This document shows positions 55,911 through 64,000 of a stretch of 64,000 nt of DNA, in pieces. This DNA comes from Callorhinchus milii (Eukaryota), in assembly GCF_018977255.1 (NCBI RefSeq), contig NW_024704742.1:71054001-71118000 (forward strand), given 5' to 3'. Below the pieces are notes generated by a model. It was not told where the DNA came from. It did not search any database and saw only the letters and a list, made by a program, of their open reading frames with translations. Every line of letters starts with the position of its first letter. Position 1 is the first letter of the stretch. Made by a program: the position numbers and the translations under genes.

Positions 55911-56250
55911 ACCAGCATAGGCATGATGTGAGGAAAGAGCAAGGGAAAGGGACTAGAGTAGAAAGCTTCAGCTGGGGAGCGAGTACCAGCACAGATACGA
56001 TGGGGAACGAGCAGCGGAATGGGATTACAGTAGAGAATTCCAGTGGGGGAGCGAGCCAGCATAGACACGATGGGGAACGAGCAGGGGAATGGGATTACAG
56101 TGGAGAATTCCAGTGGGAGAGCGAGCACCAGCACAGACACGATGGGAGGAACGTGTAGGGAAGGATTAGAGTAGAGAGCTTCAGTGCTGCGGGGCTCACG
56201 CCAGTGCAGACAGACAGAAAGGCCTGAGTGACCTCCTTCTGTCCTGTAAA
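55911..56250 (+). repeat. about four tandem ~70-bp units ending in a CR1-like tail
   Basis: CCAGCACAGACACGATGGGG...GGGATTACAGTAGAGAATTCCAG units, then GGCCTGAGTGACCTCCTTCTGTCCTGTAA. Confidence 0.7.
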
Positions 56251-56944
56251 CAAACGTTGAAAGCTCTCGGTCGCCACAACTTCATCTCAGTCTCTAGTGA
56301 TCTGCTGGCGGGGAATAAAGCCTGCATTTACAACAGGATAGAGGTGATTAAAGGTCGTCCATCAATGATACATTGATGAAACGGCTGCTTAATGGTTACA
56401 GCAAATGACTCCAGGACAGTCAACACTAATGAATAACATAAACCCTGCGCACAGGCAAATATAAAATTGATATGAATGATTAAATACCAGCAATTTATCC
56501 ATATAACATCTCTTTTCTGCAGGCCTCCACTCCATCTAACTGATCTGTAGCTTAAGGCAAGGATGCCGTCTCCGCTCGGTCATTGGTCTCGTTCTCTCTG
56601 AACTGTTGAAGGATTTGGAAAAGAACCAACAATGTGGACTGTCAACGTGAAGGAGCGCACCGTATCGAAATGTACGACGTCCTTCCTCCCTAGGGTTCAT
56701 TACCTGGCCAGCTCCTTGAAGGTCCAACAGTCTTGTTGTCAGCCTGAGAGTGAAAGATTGACTCCAGCACTGGAGTCAGGGCTGGTATGGCCACTAGTGT
56801 GTTGGCCCAGTCACAGCACCAGCCAAAGAAAACATCCCGTCCCGACCAACCCCCACCCCATCCCCAATGGCAACTCTACAAGTCTTTCTCTAACTTTCAC
56901 GGCAAAGCAAGGGGGAGGCAGAACTCAGCTTGAACTTTGGTTGA

Positions 56945-57027
56945 TAGATAGAAAGAGAGAGGGAGAGAGACAGAGAAGAAGAGACAAGAGAGAAAGAAAG
57001 AGAGAAAGAAAGAAAGAAAGAAAGAAA

Positions 57028-57072
<45 letters not shown>

Positions 57073-57080
57073 GAGAATGA

Positions 57081-57138
<58 letters not shown>

Positions 57139-57215
57139 AAAAGAAAGAAGGAAAGAGAGAGAAGAGAAAAAGAAAGAAAAAAAGAAAAAGAAAGAAAAAG
57201 AAAGAAAGAAAGAAT
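56945..57215. repeat. (GAAA)n-rich microsatellite
   Basis: Directly visible; similar arrays at about 46360-46515 and 50460-50570. Confidence 0.95.
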
Positions 57216-57774
57216 GTGATACAGAATGAAAGGGAAGAAAAAAGGAAGGAGGGAACGGAGGGAGGGAGGGAGGAATTCCATTTTTATAGCCCATTATGTA
57301 TTAGAAAGTTTCAAACTGTTTCCCAGGTAGTTACTGACAAGTGTAGTGACTGTTTTTTAATGGGAGATTGTTAGTTCCAAATTGTGCATAACAGAGTTCA
57401 GCTTCAAAATCAATTGTGTAATGAATAATCGACTGCATCTGGGGATTGCCGGTCAGGACGCCGGGAGATATAGAAGCTCCCTTCTTTATTCCAATAGCGC
57501 CATGGGATCTTTAATTTCCACCTGAACAGGCACTGTGATGCACTTTGAGATGCCTCAACAACCTGATAAGGTGCTATATCAAATGCAGGATTATTATTAT
57601 TTTTGAGGCTCTTTAAGAGTGGCAGAAAAAATTCTCAGGCTCTTCGATTAAATTGATTTTGAGGTCACAGAAACTCATTCGGTTATTGATTGGGGGGTTG
57701 GGGGTTGGTGCATCGATCAGTCTTGATAGATATTGATATTACAGGCAAAATGGATCGGTTTGCAGTGGTGTTGA

Positions 57775-58870
57775 TTATTATAAATAATGATCCTTCTATT
57801 TGATATAGCGCTTTATCATGCCATTGAGATGTTTCAAAGCGCTTCACAGAATATTTTGCTAAATTAATTGACTGTATATTTTGTGGATGAAATGCGGCAG
57901 CCAATTGCGTACTGCAGTGTCCCACAAACAATTGTGGATTGAATTATTTGTGGAGGGATTATTATCTCCGTAAAAGCGATCCATCAATCAACTAACAACC
58001 GGGTTCCTACTCGCTGCTTGGTAAACAGAGGCGTGTGGAGTAAGGAAACTTGCCTAAGGTTTCGCCCCGCCTAGGAATCAAACCCAGGTCCTCTCGCTTG
58101 TGAGGCAAATGATCTAACCAATAGGCTACAGGACTCCACAGGTACCAATGATCAAGTACTGATGTGGTGACTTTCACTGTCAAGAGCAACCAGAAGCTCC
58201 ATTGTCCCATTACAATACTAGACCCTCTTTGATCTCTTTAATGGCTGGTTATTGGTGACTTATCAGTGGAAATCATTGTGATAGAACCTTATCTGTAAAA
58301 ACTCATACTTATTACATGTTTTTCATATTGTTGTCAGCCTGGCTCAGTCAGTACACTCTTGTTTCTGAGCCAGTGGTTCCTGCCCGATGTAGGATCTAGG
58401 CTAATACAATGCGAGGTTAGTGCTGCATTGTCGGAGGTGCCATCCTTCGGATGAGATCAGATATTAAACCAAGGCCCTGTCCGTGCCTGTTTAAGTGGAT
58501 TTTAAAGATCCCACGGCACTATTCGAAAAGAGAGGGGAGTTTCTCTCTCCCAGTATCCTGGCCAACAATCCCCCAGATAAAATTGGTCACTCCTTTTGTG
58601 GGCGTTTGTGGGAAATTGATCCATTGTGTTGGAGCATCAGGCTGTGAGCTCAGAGTCCCAACGTGGGGATCAAACCCACAACCTTCAGAGTCAGAGACGA
58701 GAGCGCTACCAACTGGAGATAATAATAATCCTTGCATTTGATATAGCACCTTAACAAGTCGTTGAGTTGTATCAAAGTGCTTCACAGAATATATTGTAAA
58801 GTGAATTAACTGTAAAACTGTATTTTGTGGGAGAAACATGGCAGCCAATTGTGCATAGCAGTGTCCCAGA
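57775..58870. mobile_element. SINE cluster (57775-58138 - full length; 58335-58620 + SacSINE1-like; 58625-58870 - fragments)
   Basis: Family motifs as above. Confidence 0.75.
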
Positions 58871-60009
58871 CATATGAGAACATATGCAAAACGTGTTTAA
58901 AGTCACAAAATACACCTCGACGAGGGGGGAAGAAAAGGGGAGTGAACAGCAGTCAGGGTCTTTTCTGGGGTCCCACATGCTGATTGCCACAGAGCCTTGG
59001 AGTCGCTTTAGTGCTGAGTTTAATTTAAATCAAAGGGCAGCGATGGCGCTGAGGTAACTCAGTCTGTAAATGTTTCGAACACACTAATAATGTGGAAATT
59101 CACAAGTCTCCGTGGACTCGCTGGAGCTCCGAGGCTGCAGCAAGCTTGTGTGGGATCATGAGATCCCAGCTAATTGGAACCAGGGCCTGTAAAAGTCAGG
59201 AGCTTTAATACTCAAGTGGAACATGCAGTAAAGGTGGGCAGGGCAAGCCCACTCCCCCCGTTCTTCCCTGGGAACAGACTGTGAGTGGGAGCAGCCCACG
59301 TGAGGCTGGTTTATGCGCAGTCAGCACAGGCCCCGGCTGTAAATACTTTAATGTGGCGAGACTGTGCCATCAAGCTACCTGGAATTCGCTGGACTCCATC
59401 TTTTGGGACGGCTCAGGCTTTCTTGCGGCTCCATTTCACGTGTTCTCACTTTCGCTGACAGACAGTCTTTCTCTCATGCCCGCAATCCCTCTCGCATTCT
59501 CACGCTCTTTCACTCTCACTTCCTTGCTCACTCGTTCTCTCGCTCACACTTTCATATTCTCTCACTCTCCCGCACTATCATTGTCACTCTCTTGCACTCT
59601 CACTTTCACTCTGCCTCATTTCCTCGCTTGCTGGCTGGCTGGCTGGCTGGGTCGTGAGCTCTCACTCTCTCTTATATGCTCACTCTTGCATTCTCACTCC
59701 CTTCCTTCCTTCTTTCCTTCTTTCCTACCTACCTACCTTCCTTCCTTCCTTTTCTTCCTCTCTCTTCCTATCTTTCCTCTTTATTATTATTATACTATTA
59801 AGTGTATACTATAATACTATTAAGATAGAAACTGTGATTGTAAGATGGTCAAGTGAGATCAAAGGAGCTAAAGGAATTTTATCTTCGCCTCAAGGTGATT
59901 TTGTGATTTTTGTGTATAAAACATGTAATATATATAATTACTATATATAATAGATAAGAACACACTGTGTTACTGGGTATAACACTACTTTATATATCAC
60001 AAGAGCACA

Positions 60010-60950
60010 AGATTGACATTGGATAAAGAAGACCCTTTGGCTCATCTGATCTCATCCCTCCAGAACACCCTCCCAACCATCCCTATTACAGCATCGAGCT
60101 GCTTTTTAAACGAGTCCTAGTATCTTGGTCTGAACACCCCCTTCCTAGTAACCCTGTTCCAGTCATTAATTCCCCTCTGGGTAAAGAAATACTTCCTGGC
60201 GTCTTTCCTGAAATTGCCCATTTACATCTCTAAACCTGTCTCATCTTGTTCTACTGTCTTGATGCATCTGAAAGTATTGATCTGGGTTTACTTTTTCAAT
60301 CCCACTTATAATGTTATATATCTGGATAAGGCCCCTCTGAGTCATCTTGTCTCAAGAGCCCTAGTTTGTCTAATTGTTGCTCACAGCTCATTTCTCTAAC
60401 ATTGGGGGTCAGCCTCGTTACTTTCTTCTGCACTGTCCCTGTGACACAGTGAGCGACGAGTCAACTAACACCCTGGGATCTCTCTCAGCTCCTCCTTAGC
60501 AAATTTTATCCCTGGCTCAGTTATTAAAGCTCTTGTCTCTGAGTCAGAAGATTGTGGGTTCAAGCCCATTTGGGGATTTTGAACTCATATAGTCTACGCT
60601 GACACTCCAGTAAGGTGCTGGGGGGTGTTGCATTATTGGAGGTGCCGTCCTTTGGATGAGATGTTAAATCAAGGGCACATCTGTGCCTGTTCAGGTGGAT
60701 GTTAAAGATTCATTGCACTATTCGAAAAGAGAAAAGTGTTTCTTCCGATGTCCTGGCTATCAAATTCCCACAAATAAGAACTGGTTGTTCACTTCATGGC
60801 TGTTTTGGGGACCTAGCTGTAAGCAAATGGGCTGCCACTTTTGCTTACAAAGTACACAGTCACTACACTTTTCAGTGTGTCCTGTGAAATGTTTGAGACA
60901 TCCTCCTGATGTGAAAGGTGTCGGATCAAATTGGGAATATTATTATCCAT
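60010..60950. mobile_element. CR1 3' fragment (-, about 60010-60440) and SacSINE1-like SINE (+, about 60510-60950)
   Basis: CR1-like CCCTCTGGGTAAAGAAAT; SINE head GGCTCAGTT...GGTTCAAGCCC and GGAGGTGCCGTCCTTTGGATGAGATGTTAAA. Confidence 0.7.
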
Positions 60951-62389
60951 GGAGTAAATATGTTTCCTATTCTTACTTTCTGTATGTAGTACCTTAGTTA
61001 TTTGCATTCAATTTCATTTGCCAGTTATCAGCCATGTGCAAAACTTATCAAGCTCTCTTTGTAAGACTTTACTTAATAATAATGCATTTCATAACAATGT
61101 TTAATAGTAATAATACATTTCAACCACAAAATATACAGTTATTTCATTTTACAGTATATTCTGTGAAGAGCTTTGAGACATGTCAATTTTATAAGACACT
61201 GCATCAAATGAAAGGATTATTATTATTTGCTTCCCATGGTTTCACTGTTTCCCCCAACTTGATGTCATCAGCAAATCTAGCTAATAATGTACCGTGTGTT
61301 ACTGGCTATAACTGTATATTATATAATAACACACTGTGTGTTACTGGCTATAACTGTATATTATATAATAACACTTTAATAATCAAAGTGCCAACCAATT
61401 TGAAATTGTATCAAAATAGTAGTAAAAATAAAAGTAAAAGCATAATAAAATGAACAAAAAAAAACTAAAAAGCAATTGAAAGGTGTGTGTGTGCTTGTGT
61501 GAAAACCCCGAAGGGTATGAATAGAGTGTGGAGAACACACGGGAGTGCTGCGTCCCTGTGTTAGAGACAACGCTTCTCACTGAGTAACATTGTCCGGGGG
61601 GCTGACAATTTGTTAAGCGTTTACCGATTTTATTTAATGCGATGTTTGCGGTCAGACATTTAAACCTAAATAAACAAATGACATGTTTTAAGGTTAATAT
61701 GTCTGCGCTGCTCCAGTCACAGGGACCAGCCTGTCTGCATTTTTCCATCGCTCTTTGGCCCTCTCACATTACCTCGGAGTCTGAGGCCTGTCCCTTTCTC
61801 CCTCAGATTAATCTTTCCCTGTAACACTTTATAATTCGCCATTACAAAAGGCATTAGGGTCCCAGACTTGTTCGTGGATTCCGGCCTCCGCAGTGGAGAG
61901 GTGGGGGGAAGGGGTGAGGGAGGGGGGGATGGGAGGGGAGTGCTAAGCGAGGAAGGCCTCAACTCTGTCGCTAGGCCCCGCAACGCCCGACAGGTACTCA
62001 CATCTCATCCACTGGGGGTCAGAGGGTATTCCAAAGAAAACAATGATGATTAATGAGGAAAGTAAGCTTTTGTTTCATCTCTCAGAGGCCCGGCCTGTGA
62101 GTAATTACTAAACTGATGTCCAGCCAGCCATTGAGGATTGGATAGGCTCGGTTCCACTATGGCCTGAGTTCAAACTGCTGATTGTGTTGCCCCCAATGAA
62201 GACTTCTCTGCCACGGAGCCGTGCGGCTCAAGTTTCAGATAAAGTGCTTCGGTGAATGAAAAATGAAAGTCGATTCTCGTTTATCGACTGTGCGGCAGCT
62301 CAACTCCCACCCCCTCCAAACCCCATCCCCCAATGCCTGAAATTGCAGGGATGCGGAGAACAACAGTGGTTCCAGGAAGATAAATAATA

Positions 62390-64000
62390 TTAAAAACACT
62401 TGCATTTATATAGCACCCATCAGGCAGTGTCGCGTCCTAGAGCTCTCGACACTGGCGGAGCACGACACCGAGCCTGAGGGAGGAGATGACCATAGGCATG
62501 CTTGAAATGGAAGATCTTCAGGCAAGACTTGAAGATGGGGAAGGAAGGGGCAAAGCGGAGGGATAGAGGAAGAGTGTTCCAGACTTTCAGGGTGTAATGT
62601 CCAAAAGCACGGCCACCAATGATGGAATGGAGAGCATGAGGTACATGACGGAAGCCGGACGACGCCTCCAACAATGTAGTACTGCCTCCAGCACTACACT
62701 GGACCATCAGCTTAGACTGTGAGCTCAAAGGCAACCTTCTAACTCAGGCGCGAGAGCTACCGACTGAGCCAGGCTGGCACACAGCCTGGGGGGAGTGGGA
62801 GAGGGAAGGTTCAACACCAGAACTCTGTCAACACTGACCTGGATGATGCCACAGTAAAATGAACAAGCGAGAGGCGAGACTGAGAGGAAATACTGTATAC
62901 ATGTATGTATTTTTCCCCACAGACTAGGGCCGAAGTGGAACCAATTCAGAGAGAAAGCAGCTCACGATGTGATGATTAACATCTCTATCAAGGAGCTGGT
63001 GCTTAGGAACGGGGCCTCTAATGCATACGACAAGGTGCAGACCATGGAATTACAGCATCAAAACCAGTAATAATAATCATAATCCCTTACAATTCATACA
63101 ACCCCTACAAACCTCACAACCTCCCAAAGTACTTCACAGAGTAACTATCAGGTGTAGTGACTGTGTAGCTTGCACACACCATTTTGCATACTTATTTGGG
63201 GGATTATTGGCTAGGACACCAGGAGAGAGAATCTCCCTTCTCTTTTCTAACAGCATCATGGGGGGAATTGGGATCAGTGTCAGCCTGACTCAGTCAGGAG
63301 CACTCTTTCTCCTCCAAATCAACAACTTGGATTTATATAGCACACTTCACGTAAGGCCGCATCTCAGAGCGTTTAACAGTCGCAGAGCCTGACACCGAGC
63401 TGGGGGAAGGGAGGAGGTGACCCTAAGCACAGTCAAAGAGGAAGCTCTTCAGTCCTAATCTAAAAGTGGGGAAGGAGGGAGCAAGGTGGAGGGATTGAGC
63501 GAGAGAGTTCCAAAGCTCCGGGGTCTGGTGGCTAAAAGCATTGCCACCAAAGGTGGAACGAAGGGGATGAGGGACAAGCAGGAAGCTGGACCCAGCAGAG
63601 CAGAGGTAGCATGCAGTAGAGTTGAGAAGAAGCAAGTCAGAAAGGTAGGGAAATGCCAGGACGTGAGACGAGTGAGAGGATCTTGAAATTGATCCGTTCG
63701 GTAATTGGGAGCCAGTGATACCCGGCGAGGACTGATGTGATGGGGATACGGAGTTTAGTGTGGGTGGTGGAGTCGGAAGATTGTGGGTTCAAGCCCTATG
63801 GTGGGACACTTCGCTCATGTTCAAGGCTAACATTCCAGTGCAGTGCTCGGGGGTGGGGGTTGAAGGGGGAAGTACCATATTGTTAGAGATGCCAATCTTT
63901 GGTTATGAGAGGATAATCAAAAACTAAATACCTGCTCAAGTGATGTTAAAGATCCTGTGGTGCTGTTTGAAAAGAGAAGAGAGTTTCTCTCTCATGGTAG
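62390..64000. mobile_element. L2 3' fragments (-, about 62390-62650 and 63330-63770) and SINE fragments
   Basis: IGGRAFGHYTLKVWNTLP and FGGNAFSHQTPELWNSL peptides; SacSINE1-like body at 63770-64000. Confidence 0.7.

Overview
Vertebrate genomic DNA, not prokaryotic. The repeat content (CR1 and L2 LINE remnants, tRNA-headed Deu-domain SINEs of SacSINE1 type) points to a cartilaginous fish, possibly a chimaera; this is an inference. Two genes are recognisable. The last four coding exons of pcgf1 lie on the + strand (2331-10442) and are missed as a gene by the ORF track. A complete two-exon lbx2 homeobox gene lies on the - strand (35014-34669 joined to 31448-30985, 269 aa), tail-to-tail with pcgf1. 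The rest is SINE/LINE fragments, micro- and minisatellites, and repeat-free islands that look like developmental enhancers. The most notable structures are: a ~5.1 kb inverted duplication (about 41958-47037 vs 49939-55062) ending at an assembly gap; a divergent set of CTCF-like motifs between the two genes; an A-rich lbx2 splice acceptor with a ~130 nt AG-free zone; a ~650 bp hexamer array downstream of the lbx2 stop; and a recurrent A-tailed repeat family I cannot name. I found no convincing novel multi-gene system. Exon boundaries are exact; repeat boundaries are approximate.
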